Below, in pieces: positions 36,341 to 49,779 of a stretch of 64,000 nucleotides of DNA (within the stretch, counting starts at the first letter, position 1; each line of letters begins with the position of its first letter). The position numbers and the translations under genes are program-made. This stretch comes from Harriotta raleighana (lineage: Eukaryota). The notes under the pieces were generated by a model. It saw only the letters and a program-made list of their open reading frames with translations. It ran no database searches and was not told the origin of the DNA. The DNA lies in assembly GCA_050575255.1 (NCBI GenBank), contig JBNZDD010013549.1, forward strand, positions 62,001-126,000. The letters run 5' to 3'.

Positions 36341-37809
36341 TTATTACACTTTAATCTCTACTCGAATCTCTGCGTTCTTTTCAGCCAAATGTTATTTTAC
36401 GAGACCACACACAGAATCATATCCTAATATACTAATAGTCCTGAAAAAAATGCAGATGCCATCAGTCACAAATTCACCATCATTTTGCTGACAGACCAGA
36501 TGCTTCTGCCATGGGTTCATGTGGATCAGTGCATTTTTCTTGTGGTCTGTACTTCAACAGAATGACAGCTCAGTGGAGATTTTGACAGATTTGGTAACTG
36601 ATCTATCTGGATCAATGCCTGAAAATGTTTAGTGAGGGTGGAGGAATAATGCTGGCAAATAGCACTGTCTCTGTTCAGAAATGCGACTTAGATCTTTTCC
36701 AGATTTCGATTTTCTTTTGTTATAATAAACCAAAGAACCTTTTAATATAATCGGATTAACATATTACAATTTCAGTGATATTTAGTGTATTTTTGTTTGA
36801 TTGTCCCATCTTGGAATCTTATTGTTAACTGGTCGCATTCTTGTTTGATGGATTTAGGGGATCCCATTAAAATAATGCTGATATATTTTACCAATGGATT
36901 CTAGGCGAGTTCTGTCACCCCCCTCAAGCAGTGCAAGCCTCTCACTTTGGTGGAGGAGAGGAATGAAATCAATCAGATTTGATTATTATCCAATGACATT
37001 TCCTTCCACCCCAACCCTCCCCCTTCACACCACCGTCACCACCCACTGGCTAGAAAGGACACATTTTTGAATAAGTTCAAGCTTCCTTGCGATGCGAATC
37101 CACAAGTTAATAGACTCTCAAAGTCTAGGCTCACCGATGAAGAGCAGGTCATTGGGTGAGGAACCATCAGAAAGTGGGACCATACTCCTGTGGGATCTTT
37201 ATAAATGGAAGGATTAAGGGAGAAAATGAAAAGATGTAGAAAGGTCAAATCTCACCAGGGAAAACAAAATGCAGTATAAACCACAGAACATCATCTGAAA
37301 ATACCGATGCTTACTGGGCAAATCTGTGGCCACATCCTCCCTGTTCTGACGGCAGCATCGGCTGCTTCCACCTACCACATCTGCTTTATCCATTCCGTCC
37401 GCCTTGCCAAATAGACAGGAATGAAAATTGTTTTTGTTTGTACATGGCGGTCAGTACAGTTGCTTGTTTGACGAAAAAATGTGCTAATTTTTTTAATGCT
37501 GTGTACCCCACTGAGAGGCAGCAGTACAAATAGGACAGAACCAACCACTCTTCCTCAAGTGGAGTCATCGTCTGAGCTCAGAGTAAGATTCTGGGACTCG
37601 TTATAGACCAGGATTTCTCGGTAGCCTTCAAACTAAGAAAGATTATTTTAAAAAATTAAATGTGATCTGTCCTGGATTAAAATAATCGATAGTGGCAAGC
37701 TATATTTGTTTTGTTAATTGCAATGACCAGGTTTGCCAATATCCCAAATCTTGTTAGGTTCAAAAGCCTGGGCAAAATTTATCTGGTTTGCGAATGTAGG
37801 TAGTCCACC

Positions 37810-37855
37810 ACAACAACAACTTGCATTTATTTAGCACCCTTCACGCAGGTCAGCA
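37810..37855 (-). mobile_element. Ultrashort L2/SINE 3' tail
   Basis: ACAACAACAACTTGCATTTATTTAGCACCCTTCACG. Confidence 0.65.
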
Positions 37856-38499
37856 TCTTGTCACTATACATAATATCACACCATTGGAAATATTGAGTTA
37901 CCAACAGAATCTTTAGCTAATAATTGTGAGCTGCATGTGTTCTTTTAAAAAATACTTTATATTGTCGTCGGTATATCGCTACACACATAGAAAAATTAGT
38001 TGCAAAAATGTACGTAAATTCCCAAATCGCTGGAAAAGAGTTGCGTTTAAACATTCCCAAATGTAGTTCTGAATATATACCCAGAAATTCATTATCAAAG
38101 TACTGTATATGATTAATATTTATCTAATGCAACAATTACCCACTGTCTTTCAATTACCCAACGTTTCAAGACAAGACAGGATTCAAACAATGTGTGTGGT
38201 TATTTTCTAGTAAGTACACTTTGGGCCAAGATACTTTGAACAATAATTCAGCAATAACTCTACTTGTCCACAATATTGCATAGTAATTTACTGCTAGTGG
38301 GAAGTCAAGCCATCCAATTAGAAAGGCATTGCAATAAACCTTCAACCAGATTAATGAGCCAAAAACAAGTCAGCTGACTGTACAACTTGCTGTGTTTTAT
38401 TACCAGCATCAGAACAGCGCAGAAAATAACAAAGAAAATGAATGCAGCAGTCTCATTTCACTGAGGCAGCCTGGAGGTATGTCAAATGGTGGATGTAAA

Positions 38500-38920
38500 A
38501 TAATAATATTAATACTTACGTTTGATATATCAGTTTAAACATCTTGAAACACTTCATATTTTGAGTTACTCTGAGTGTCGTGTGAGTTGTTATGTGTAAT
38601 ATGGCTGTCAATTTGCACCAGCAACATTTGCACAAGCATTCTTTTTTTTTTAAAAAAAGCGAATTTGGACGAGGGTAGAATATTGACCAGGAATTGCGAC
38701 TATTCTTCAAAAATAGTGCGCTAGATCCTTAAGTTGAATGGGATAGGCAGATGGGAACTTAGTTAAATTCTCATCTGAAAAACAGAACGCCTAACAATGG
38801 CAATACTCCTGCAAGACTGTGATGCAGTGTCAGCCTAGATTATGAGCTCAATTCCTGGTGTGAGGCTTGATCCCACAACCTCTTGACCTAGAGGCGAGAG
38901 TACGACCAGCTGAGCCAAAC
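38500..38920 (-). mobile_element. Near full-length Deu-domain tRNA-SINE
   Basis: Minus head TGGCTCAGCTGGTCGTACTCTCGCCTCTAGGTCAAGAGGTTGTGGGATCAAGCC, CTAGGCTGACACT, TTCAGATGAG, GCACTATTTTGAAGAA, and tail. Confidence 0.8.
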
Positions 38921-39728
38921 TGGCACTATATGTAGCTAGAAAGGCACATCTGTTCATCAAACCCCCATCCAAGACACTGAAGTGGGAGATAGCAATGTGG
39001 TGGAATGTTTCCCAGCAATAAAAGAACCTGATATGATGCTCATAAATAGATGCATGATGGACAATTTTTTTAAATTGACAAACTAAGTCGGTTTGCAGAC
39101 TGGAAGTGCAGCCAGGATGGGGGGGCACGTGACTGTGGAGGGCAGAAAGCTGACTAATTCAAATTAGATCAACCCTTAAATGATTGGCTTAATTGGTGGT
39201 AGTCATTCGGTGTGTCAAATTATTGTTGGAGAATGCGGGCCAGTATCAAAGACATGCTTACTTGCCAAAATGACTGCAGTCAGCTCTGCAGTAAGCAGAT
39301 AGTAACACTGCCACATATTTGGACATTTACCCGCAGAATGTACAGACTATTTCTAACTTGCAACATTCGAAGGGCAGAAGGTGAAATCAGCAAAAAGAAC
39401 TTCTAACGGAAGCATTATTTCGACGGCTCATTGAACTGCTGATTCTAATATACTGTATCTAATTTAACACAAGCATCGTAATCTAGTTATAGTAACTGTT
39501 TTTATTAGTTAAATGATCTGGACTCATACTCGTGGCTCTTAAATGAGAGGTCCTGTCACTGAACCACTCGAAATATCCGGAGCTCATTCGTGAAGTCCAT
39601 TCGTTCTCAAAATGTCCATGGAATTGTAAAAGCGCCAATTGAATCGTCATACGCTGTAAATATATTTGGGGGGAATCTTTAACTTTCTAGTCTTTCAATA
39701 TTGGATCATTTCATGATGTGGTTGCGTA

Positions 39729-39800
39729 TAATAATAATAATAATAACAACAACAAAATGACATTGATAGAGCTTCTTTCACGTCGGGAGGACGTCCCAAC
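39729..39800 (-). mobile_element. Ultrashort L2 3' tail
   Basis: (TAA)n(CAA)n AATGACATTGATAGAGCTTCTTTCACGTCGGGAGGACGTCCCAA. Confidence 0.8.
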
Positions 39801-40231
39801 GTGTAAGCGCTGAAGTTGAAATACTTAGACGCCCGATTTTTAAAAAAAAAAATGTTTTTGATCCAGGTTGCTCTGAACAACAGAAGAGATACTGTCTCTT
39901 TGTGTGCCTCTGTAACTTCAATTACAAGCTAAACTGTTTCCAAAGATGTAGGGAAGGGACATTTATGCCAAAAAGCTTTCATTTCTGTGGCCAATACCTC
40001 CATGTATACAGTATCTGCAGGTGTGCTGAAGTACAATGGCCCTAAAGTTTCTCCCTGGGGTGTAACCCCACAGGCATTTATGCTTATAGTTATAAATCAT
40101 TTTGTAGGAGTTTGAAAAGATCTATAGAACTTTTAACAAAGGGTGCCTGGAATTCGAAGCACATGAAGCTACTCTGTGTCTCATCAGGATATGTCAAAAC
40201 GTCTTTTCTAAAGATTGGCTTTCGTGTCGGC

Positions 40232-40266
40232 CTCTCTCTCTCCCTCTCTCTCTCTCTCGCTCTCTC
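40232..40266. repeat. (CT)n microsatellite, interrupted
   Basis: Directly visible. Confidence 0.85.
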
Positions 40267-41584
40267 GCAGCTTAATGTTCGTTAGGTCTGGTCACCGCAG
40301 GCTGGAGGGAACCATAGAAGCAGCTGGCCAAAGGAGAGTGTGTGCTTTTCCAGACACAAAAATATTTTTCTTCTTTACTTGCGATAAGTGCTCTATCTAA
40401 TCTAATGGTAGTAAACGTAACTTGGTGTGTGTGTATGTGTGTGTGTATACACCTGTCCGGATGGTTATGAAGCTGCAGTAGTTTCCTTTGTGCACAAGCT
40501 TTTAACATAGTTTTACGATAGTGGCTCGCATTGTCGTACGACTGAACAATCAAGCTCAACATAGAACTGTATTATACAATCTGATAGCAAAAAAATGTTT
40601 TGATGTGGTACAGTGACAGCAACAATATCTGACAATAAGAACAATGACAGATTAAATAGCAGGCTGCTCTGCTATCTTAATGGCACTGTTGGTTAGAAAA
40701 GGCTTGCATTGTTGTGCGGACTGTATCAGCCATAGTGCACACAAGGCCTTGTTGATTAACTAGGCTGGCAAAGGAACAGCAAGTTCTTGTTAACCTTACA
40801 TGCCAAGAGTCTGTAACACAAACAATCCCTGTTATAAATTAGGTCTTTACAAACTGTATTTCAAGAAAATGCTTGTACATTTTTCCCTGTGATTATACAT
40901 TTTTCTGGATGATTACATGCTTAAGCTAGATAACTTGCCAAAGAGCAAGGGATTGAACGTTAGACTTTCAATAGCCTAAGAGTGAAATGCTCCCCTGGTT
41001 TCAAAAGGTTTGGTTCTCTCCCATTGGAAAACGCAACTGCTTTACAGATTGTGTCCCTGATAGGATTTCCAACACTCATGATAAACACAGCTATCACTTC
41101 CGAATTGATAACTAATTTCCGACTTTCTGCTTATCACGCAGGAACATAATCTTCTAACGAGTGTTGACTGTGAGGGCCACTTGATCTTCTGCAGTTTGTA
41201 CACTTAAGTAAAGATAAAAGCAGGCACAACCTCGCCTATCACCTAGATAGGATTTTAGAGGAGAGAACATCTCCATAAGTGCTGGGTATGTCACATTCCT
41301 CAGTCTCTTAAAATACTTGTTGCATCTTATCGAATCCAGCTTACAGTGCTTGTCAAAACCCTACTGAATTTATGCTTTGGTTGTAGCTCAGGTCATTTAT
41401 TAGCGGACTAACAAAGGTCAAAACAAGCCCATGGGTACTAGATTCACACAGTAGCTACCTTTACTAATAAATTTTGGCGATGCATGATTGTTTTAAAATA
41501 TAAAATTCAAATGTGTCTGTCACCTTTTTGGATGTTTTACAGCCCTGGAAACTATACCTGACACTCCCAATATCTTCCAGGCAA

Positions 41585-41778
41585 CCATATTATAATTCCT
41601 CCCCCAAAAAAAACATAATAATAAAATTGGTGGTTTCAATCCACTACTGTTTGTGTGCTGTGTGCAATTGGCTGCCGCGTTTCGCCCACAAATATACAGT
41701 CAATTCACTTTACATTACATTCCATGAGGCTAGAAGACATGAAAAGCGCCATATCAAAATGCAAGGGTTATTATTATA
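41585..41778 (+). mobile_element. tRNA-derived L2-tailed SINE, 3' half
   Basis: CAATTGGCTGCCGCGTTTCGCCCACAAATATACAGTCAATTCACTTTACA..AGACATGAAAAGCGCCATATCAAAATGCAAGG. Confidence 0.88.
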
Positions 41779-41889
41779 CCACCTAGAGTGACAAATGGCT
41801 TTGAAGTACAAAATGAGCTTCAAATACTAAACTCCCATCAAGTAATGAACCTGGGATATTCTGTTCTTTACGGCTGTTTTATCCTATGC

Positions 41890-42260
41890 TGTGAACATGG
41901 CATTTAAGCTATCGACGCGCCGACAGAAGCTTTTGTTTTCCCAGCAACAGCAGAAAAGTGCTGCTCGAGGATTAGCTTCTCTCAAGGTGCTGCTCGCTCT
42001 GTTCAAAATCTCGGAGCAGGCCGACAGCCTGATTACGTTTCTCCAGTGTGGAGAAGATAGGCAGCCTTGAGAAGAACAGAGTCTTCCAGTCCATTTATCT
42101 TCCCAGCAGGTTACTGAGTCCAGGAGCAAAAGACTACTTTACTTTTGAACCTGCTGTTGAAATGGATGAGCGGGGCCAAGCACCAACAGTTCTTGAGCAA
42201 GCAATTACTTTTTCAGTCCCAGCAAGTGTTACTAGGCCTAAGCTTCTACAGACGATGTTT
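41890..42260 (+). mobile_element. Decayed RTEX-like LINE, post-RT region
   Basis: LKVLLALFKI..PDYVSPVW (~LxLFxxxVxPxLxYxSxVW), SLEK..VFQ..LL, AVEMDERG (~AVxxELG). Confidence 0.45.
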
Positions 42261-43494
42261 AAGCTTTCCTTGTGCCTGTTTTGATTCAGTTGATTTGAAG
42301 GCCACATTTCAAACCACTAGTCCGAACATAACCTTGAATTTCAGGGCGACATTTTGGTGAGTGAGCATGGTTTTCAACAATCCCACGATCTCAATGACAA
42401 CGCTGACCACAACCAGCGTTTATTATAGGTGGGTGGTACAGATTGGGTACATGTTCAAAACATGCTTAGCTGCCCTAAAGTCTTTTTGGGGAATGATGCT
42501 ATTTATAGCTAAGATGGAACATGTACATCTAAGATGAAGCCCGAGGGTTTCACATGAGATTTTCGGGGGTATGGATGTTTTATTTACCAACGATATCAAT
42601 AAAAGGACTACAAACATAATATGAAACACATTTTTCTCTTTCTGTGTCTTCCATCATTTGCCCTTTCTCAGCTTCTTAGTGAAGTGAAATTCTGCCAGTT
42701 TCTTCGCAGTTCAGAGCTACATCCTGTCCATTTGTGCATTATAATGGTTCTAAAATGTTTAGTTAACATATATTGCCTGCCAATGGTTGTGGCAAATGAC
42801 TTCTTTCCAAATAAATAAAGTTGAATGTGGCAGAAAAATATGTAATTCAATATTTACATTTGAACACTGGGGAATTCAGTCCTGAAAGAAGAACTCTTGT
42901 ACAATTACATCTGTGAAAGTCACTAAGCTGACCTATGATTACTTTCTCTTGCACTTCAGGAATTGAAAGACAAATTTATAAAATACTAGAGCTGCTATAT
43001 CAGTTGTCTGAGTTACAAAACTGTACTAGAAATGAACATTAGTCTGCAATAATATTTCATACGCAAGAGTATTTTTGAACTTATCTTAAATGCACAATTT
43101 TGATATTATTTAGTTTTGCTTGAAATCTTTTGTTAAGAGCTGGACTGGACTGAATTTCCGGGGGCAAATACAATAGCAGTCAATGTAATAATTGCAGGAA
43201 GTTTGCAATGACCATATTATGCATCAGTATTTTAACTGCTGAAGTAAATTTTCGAACATAACTGATGTTCGAGAATTTGCCAAAATGTAATAATTCAGAA
43301 CGGGGGGGGGGGTGTGTATAGTAAAACCTTAATTTTAATCTGGTGTTTTTGAGAACCAGCCAAAACCCACTTCATAACAGCGGGAAATGGTATAACACAA
43401 GTCTCATGAAGTATGATTGAAATTACCACATGATGCTCCCTAAAGTATTGTATAACATTTTACTGTTGGTCCTGATGGTTTAATGCTAACTGCC

Positions 43495-43593
43495 GGTAGA
43501 TGACAACATTTTATGGACTGCCTTACAGTACTAACATGCGTATGTAGTAAATGCCAGCACTGGACAGTAGTCCATAAAGTGTTGTTATACACC
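43495..43593. repeat. ~100-bp degenerate palindrome (ancient MITE/Eulor-like or hairpin RNA)
   Basis: Left arm GGTAGATGACAACATTTTATGGACTGCCTTACAGTACTAACAT vs reverse complement of right arm GGTGTATAACAACACTTTATGGACTACTGTCCAGTGCTGGCAT, 32/43 identical. Confidence 0.8.
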
Positions 43594-43939
43594 AGATTTT
43601 GAACATGCCTGGAAAGGCTTTATAATAGGAATGAAAAATTCAGGTGAGAGGAATGATTTGAAGACAACATGGGATCACTTTAATCAAAGTGATTTTATAA
43701 TATAGGGGCAATGCTTATTAAACCAATGCGTCCATTGTTCCTCATTAACCCGTTGTGACTCGCGTTAAAAACCACTAGAGTTAACAATTATGTATCGCAG
43801 TATCGTAACTGGGTCTAATATTCCTCATAACTCTACCAGCCACATAATGACTTACAAAACAACCGGGTCCATCGTTGAGCTTTAAATCACATGGTAGTAC
43901 ATACATAGTCCGTGCAACAGGATTCTTCACACGTTGAAT

Positions 43940-44120
43940 TGCTGCACTTGTCTGTTGTACAATGGGAGCATTGATCATAAGTCAGAAATTTGCCACCAGC
44001 AATGGAGAGAAAGTCAGAGGGTGAAAGAGTCGGCCAATGTCTTCGCGCTTCTTAGCAGACAGTCATTGATATGGCATTTACAGAAGCCAGGACAAAGGTT
44101 ACTTTTGCTCACCTTCCCAC
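43940..44120 (+). mobile_element. Decayed RTE-clade LINE, post-RT region
   Basis: YNGSI..SEI..RVKESANVFALL..IW and ARTKV (~YLGSxI..EI..RIxKAxxxFxxL..W..TK). Confidence 0.4.
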
Positions 44121-44949
44121 ACGACAAAGAAGTGAAGCATAGAAAAATATGCTTTTATAACAAAAAACAATTTTTTTTTGCAAAGCGACAAAGCAATTGG
44201 TGCTCCAATCCACTAATAATCACGTGGCTGGAGTTGAGGATTAACGGGCTTTAGTTGGTATAATTTATGTTGAGTTGTCTGTCTCAGCTGCTTCACTGCA
44301 AAGGGACAATGTATCTTGTACCTTGATAGGAGGCGTCCCGTCTGAATTTAGATGGTGGGGATTGTTGGAATATGCTTTGGCCTGGTTCATCCATGTGAAC
44401 CAAAAATGATGTTGGGTAGGTGCAAATTCCAGAAACATATTGATGCGGCAATGTGTTCTAAGTGGTAACACACACTACAGTACTCTGCAAACTTATTGCT
44501 GACACTTATCACTTTAAGAATGGTTAATTCTGGCGTGTTTCCATCCCCACACCATGGAATGCTTGAATTTTTACCTGACAGATTCCTGGATTATACTCCT
44601 GCCCCACGTAACCCACCTCAGCGTACATTTTTATATGTCAAATTAATGGCCACTGACCGCTGACGCATACCAAGCCAAGATGATAGTTTTGTTTTGAATC
44701 TTGCCGCCCAGAGGTAAATCTGGGGCCTCTGATTGTGCTCTTGTGCAGCTAAAAGACAATGAATCAATTATATAAGATAACAGATAGACAGCGTCACACA
44801 CACTTGCGCTTTTGTTATTTTCCATCAACTACGGTATGCAATTTGCAGCCATAAAGATTGATTGTAAAGTGCACTAATAATAGAGCGACTCGTAGTGTGA
44901 CGAAGAGAACTGATACGCTTATCCACTGGCACAAGGGAACAGAAATACA

Positions 44950-45400
44950 AATGCCTCCTATTGGTCAAGGAACGACTAATTCATACGAGATGGAGATTAA
45001 AGTCCTCGCTGCTCGTGTACTGGTAGCAAGTGCTCCCATCAGTTAAAACACGAAACTGTTGCTGATATCTTAGTCCAGATCTGTTGTTTGCACAATGAGC
45101 CTGACATTCCTGTGGTTGCTAATTTATTTTTTTCGCAGCGATTCAGATGTGTGCAACGGGATGGAATGTCAGAAGATTGCGTCTGCGGAACGAGTGTCCA
45201 CGTTTCGCATTCTTATCCCTCGGAAGCCAGAATGCAACAGAGCAACAGAGACAGCTTAGCCTGCAGAGGACGCATTGTGTCTCGGGTGGCTCAGCGGGCT
45301 CGTTGAAAATGAGTGCTCAACAAAAAGGTCACTTCCAACGTAGTGAGCTGAAGGAAGAGGAAGATTTTGAAGTATCACCATTACAGTGGAGAGAAGTCAA
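44950..45400 (-). mobile_element. Decayed RTE-clade LINE, post-RT region
   Basis: HYVGS (~YLGS), AKLSLLLCCILA..ECETWTL (45192-45212; ~TKLxLY..LLYGCETWTL). Confidence 0.55.
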
Positions 45401-45444
45401 TAGTGCAGAGATTTGTTTCTTTCCCCCCGGAGGGCATTAAATAT

Positions 45445-45650
45445 AACAGTAATTACTTTTGCATTTTATATTACGCCTTATCACGTCTTTGCGATGTCTC
45501 AAAGCGTTTCTCAAAATATACTGTGAAGTGAATGGACTGTATATTTTTGGGGTGAAAAGTGGCAGCCAATGGCACGTAGCAGTCTCCCACAAATGATCAT
45601 GGATTGAGTGAGCAATTTCTTATTTATTTATTTATTCGTAGGAATTATTT
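45445..45650 (-). mobile_element. tRNA-derived L2-tailed SINE, 3' half
   Basis: TCACGTCTTTGCGATGTCTCAAAGCGTTTCTCAAAATATACTGTGAAGTGAATGGACTG..GGCAGCCAAT. Confidence 0.85.
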
Positions 45651-45669
45651 TACCCGTAAGAGCGATCAA

Positions 45670-45900
45670 CCAATCCACGAACAACCGATTTCCCATCCTA
45701 TGCTCCCAAAGTACTAAGAGGAACATCATTGTCCCTTTCTACCACATGGTTCCACACTTCTTGTCTTTGCACGTTAGATTGCATCCTTTCCCAGTAAATA
45801 TCTTGCCAACATTGCTCCATTACAGTCTCCACAAGTGCTTGCAGGATCTTTTTTGAAAACTGGCTTCTGCGAAGTTTTCCAAATGGCTCGTGCCTCTGAC
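45670..45900 (-). mobile_element. Decayed CR1 3' remnant
   Basis: Minus peptide QRQEVWN and TTCCACACTTCTT..GTTAGATTGCATCC pattern. Confidence 0.4.
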
Positions 45901-46779
45901 TCTCCACTTCTTTATTTATTGAATGTTTCAAAGTTGATGCCATTCAATTAGATTGTTAGTCTCTTTCGAGGCCAGAACTACTGTACTTCCTGAGGAATGA
46001 AAGACTCTCGTGTGGATTTTAGTACCATTTCTTTGAAATGTTCTTTCAACATTCTTCGCTTGCAATTTTAATGACGAAAACCTGAAAAAACAATAGCTTG
46101 TTTGCATTGGTTCTGAGCAAAGCAAGGAAACCAATTATAGTCCAATGGGATCACAATCCATTTATTACTGAATGCAGATTGTGAGAAGTGCAATGTTATT
46201 AGAGTGAATGAATTGGCAATGATCTGTGCTGATGCACATGCAATAAGCATCATAGGTTTCTAAGGCAGCTGATAATTCAGTTAATGGTATGGATTTTGAA
46301 ATCCAATGCAATGGTGGAGGGCTCGGTTTGTGGAGACATTAACTCACCAGAAAATTTGTGAAAGTTGATTTTCCAAGGGGGAAAAAAAGGTTGAAGCTCA
46401 CCAGGAAAAGGCTGACATTGGATTGCAGTAATATAGTGGGAATTGGAGGCATTAACTCTTTTGGGATCTTAATAGACAACTTCACAATCTTTACATGTCT
46501 GCAGTTTCAATGATTCAGGGAACTAGAAAAGTAGCATCATGACAAAATGATAGCTTCTTTATAGGTAGATAGATATATATCTAATACTGCATATAATATA
46601 TAATGTATGAGTGGGCAGCATTTGTACCTCATGGACATATTTCTAAATATAAATACAGTACAAAGTATGGAAAAACTTATATTGATCCTGAATGTTGAAG
46701 GCTGAGATAATTGCAACGATCTTGATCACCTGTTTGTGTTTAAGAACTGAAATATGCATTGATCTCCTCTTGGCATAGT

Positions 46780-47050
46780 CATAAACTGTTTTGTTTACGT
46801 CGCTGAAAGATGCCGCTTTTCATTTCTATTCCATCTGCGAAGCATGCAGCGTACAGAATTTGCTCCAGTTAGTGAGTGCATGCAGCAGCATGTAAGAGAC
46901 TGTGTTGATGCGAGTGCTGCGAAGGGTTATGGAGTGCTACAGTTACAACATTTTCACCACGGGTCATCGGTTTATTTGGGCGGAATGTAGACGCTGATGT
47001 GTAACACAGAGACACCTGAAGCAGGTAACTCGGTTTAAACCAGTGTGGGA
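46780..47050 (+). mobile_element. Possible decayed RTE post-RT remnant
   Basis: VYVAERC (~LYGAETW) and LMRVLRRVME (~EMRxLRRIxG). Confidence 0.3.
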
Positions 47051-48024
47051 AACTTATCAGGAAGAGGACCGCAGGCTCTATGTTTTTTTTTTAGCAAAGT
47101 TGAATGGAAACGTCCAAAGTCCAGCTTGACCCAGATGTTCATCTTTTTGTAACACAAAGGGAATTGTGTTGGGTCGACTGTGAGTTAAAGCATTGTAAAT
47201 GCAAGCTCTCTTTCATACAAAAGAACACATATTGGACAAGAATACTGAATTGTAAAATGATGCAGACATCAGAGTCTATATTTATAAGCTTCGCATTACA
47301 TTTCTACAATCAGTACCCAATAAAAGTATGGAATTTGATGACTATGAATTGCCTTAGGCAATTGCAGCAGTACAATGGAGCTGTCTATATTAAGGTAATA
47401 ACTAAGCTATTTAATTCCTTTGTCATTTGTAATCCCACTTTTGTATAATGCTTCCATCATTTATCTCCTTTCGCCCCTTCTGTCTTTTGTTTCAGTCAAT
47501 AGGACCACTGTTAAGAGACTAAGAACAATAAAACAGCAAGTTCATATGTAACTACTGTTGGGAGTTAAATTTGTATTTAAGATTATTAGCTTCAAATTTT
47601 GTCCACAGGTATTTTATGAAAATATAACCCACAGGCAGGTAGAGCTTTCATTTCAAATACGTTCTAACGTTGTGTGTTTACAATTCATGCTTGGCAGTAA
47701 TTTACCCTCCGTTTTTGTGCAGGATGAAGTGAGGTTCGAACTACATAATTCACTCTGGAATCCTACCCTGACACCAACAAGAGATAATACTGGCAGCAGT
47801 GCAATTTGCATTCACATATACAGTAGTAAATTCTGGAATAATTTGACCCTCCAATGGAAAAGAGTTCAGCGAATAGTTATCTGGAGTTGCGAGTTATACA
47901 TAGGAGCACTGTGACTTGTTTGCTCAGCGGAGGTTGGCGACACATGCTCAGATGCCTCTGCAATGCCAGACATCATCTTATTAAAAAAAAACTGACTAAT
48001 TAAAAAAAACTATTCTAAAATACT

Positions 48025-48098
48025 GTCTGTCCAGCCAGTGCTTTGGGACGTCCTCCCAACATGAAAGTCGGTATACAAATGTAATTTTGTTGTTGTTA
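48025..48098 (+). mobile_element. Ultrashort L2 3' tail
   Basis: TGTCCAGCCAGTGCTTTGGGACGTCCTCCCAACATGAAAGTCGGTATACAAATGTAATTTTGTTGTTG. Confidence 0.8.
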
Positions 48099-48319
48099 TA
48101 AGACCAGTTCTCCAATTCATTTCTATTGTAAATGCCTCTAAGAATTTCTAGAATGCAATCAATTACGAGTTAAGCAGTAAAGTGAAATCCCTTGTTAACA
48201 TTTTGCATGGAAAGAGGGCAGGATATTGAGAACACGGCGACTTAACTGATAATTACAAGTGAAACCAGGGTTGAGTTATCCGGAGTTTATTGTTATATAA
48301 ATCTGGTGGGTGCATTGCA

Positions 48320-48500
48320 CTGGGCTTGCTCGCCCAAGTCTGTTGAAAGCACTCCCGACAGCCTCTTGAAAGGCTGAACAGAACATTTTTTTAATGTCGT
48401 TAGGTTGCGCAACAATCTTGCAATGGTTTTGAGTACACGTTCGCAGAATGCCAAAGTCATATTTTTGGATTTGATTCGTTTTGTCCAGCCCCATTTCACA
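48320..48500 (-). mobile_element. Possible decayed RTE post-RT remnant
   Basis: NDIKK..AVGSAFNRLGR (~DIxxRIxxAxxAFxRL). Confidence 0.3.
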
Positions 48501-49779
48501 GAAAGTGTGGGGTAAGAGGAGGAAGAATTTCACCTGTGCAAATATGTATTATAGCCACAAGGTTATTCTGTTTGCCTAGTGATCAGTATGATAATGTATT
48601 TCAATACGAGAGAGTGAGATGGAAATCTGAAATTTGAAGATACACAGAAATAAATGCTGGAAGATTAAAAAGCATCTGAAATACATTAAATGGGGACGGG
48701 GTGGATTTAAAGTCTGCTGCATTCAAAAGCATGTGAAAGGCAACCAATTGAGTTGTGTTTAATTTATCTGCGCTCTTTAAACATGTTGTAGTCATAAAGT
48801 AACAGCGAAAAGCACTTGTATTTTGATTTTCTCTTGTGTGCTGTGCTTACGAGTTCTGCAATTTTTTTTCTCTCAAGCCAGACAATGAACCTCAGTCTCA
48901 AGGGTATTCCAGTACACATTCGGCAATTTTAATAAATGAAAAACAGAATTTTGAAAAAGGAATTGTGGTTGAGGAAATACGACCTGATGTTTCCACGTTG
49001 TTTTGCCAAAATGTCATGTAAATGTTAATATGATTTTGATCCGATAAAATGTTTTACTCCGCAAAACATGTTGGAGTATTTCATGCAGTAACAAGATACC
49101 CACTAAATCCACATAAATGGTTAATCTAGGTAATAGGTTTTTTTTTATTTGTGTGAATGTGGGTTAGGCTGGGGTAGGGGACTTTTAAAGAATCAAGCCT
49201 TTAAAATGAATTATTCTTAATTGTAATTTTCTCTTTGTTTCACCATGCATTTCTGAGTGTTTCTGAATCGGTTTGTTTGAACAGGGAGCGCTAATGATAT
49301 CATGTAAAAACCTGATTTGGAGAAGCTGCTGACAGCGTGAGGGAATTTGAGTTGATGTCAGTGAACATACAATCATTAACTTGCAAGTTCGTCGGCAACT
49401 GACTTTAAAGACTTGACAGCTCCACTCCCTCACACTTTCATACTCAGAATCTCTTGCAATGCAGTTTCCACGGCAATATCATCAGCTTTTCGTATTTAGA
49501 CGTATTCTTAAAGGTCTACAGAAATGCTGAAGGAAAAAGCAAAAGCTCTCAAAAGATAATTAATTGTAATACTGCATTTTTGGAAGAGTAACAGTGGTCA
49601 GTCTTCCTTTTCGAAATTGTCTGCTACCTGTGAACAAAGTTGCATTTTCTTTGTATTATTTGCTCTGTTCTCCTGAAGGCAAAGAGCTGGGTTGTAGCTC
49701 AAGAGACCAATCTTCACCCTGTTAACTTACAGGATGAGTCTCAATGCAAGTGAATGCAAGAGGCATGGTACCACAGCTG

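Noticed and set aside
45088-45440. Plus-strand exon/ORFs after TTTTTTCGCAG
   Set aside because: Better explained as the antisense of an RTE relic (ECETWTL on the minus strand)
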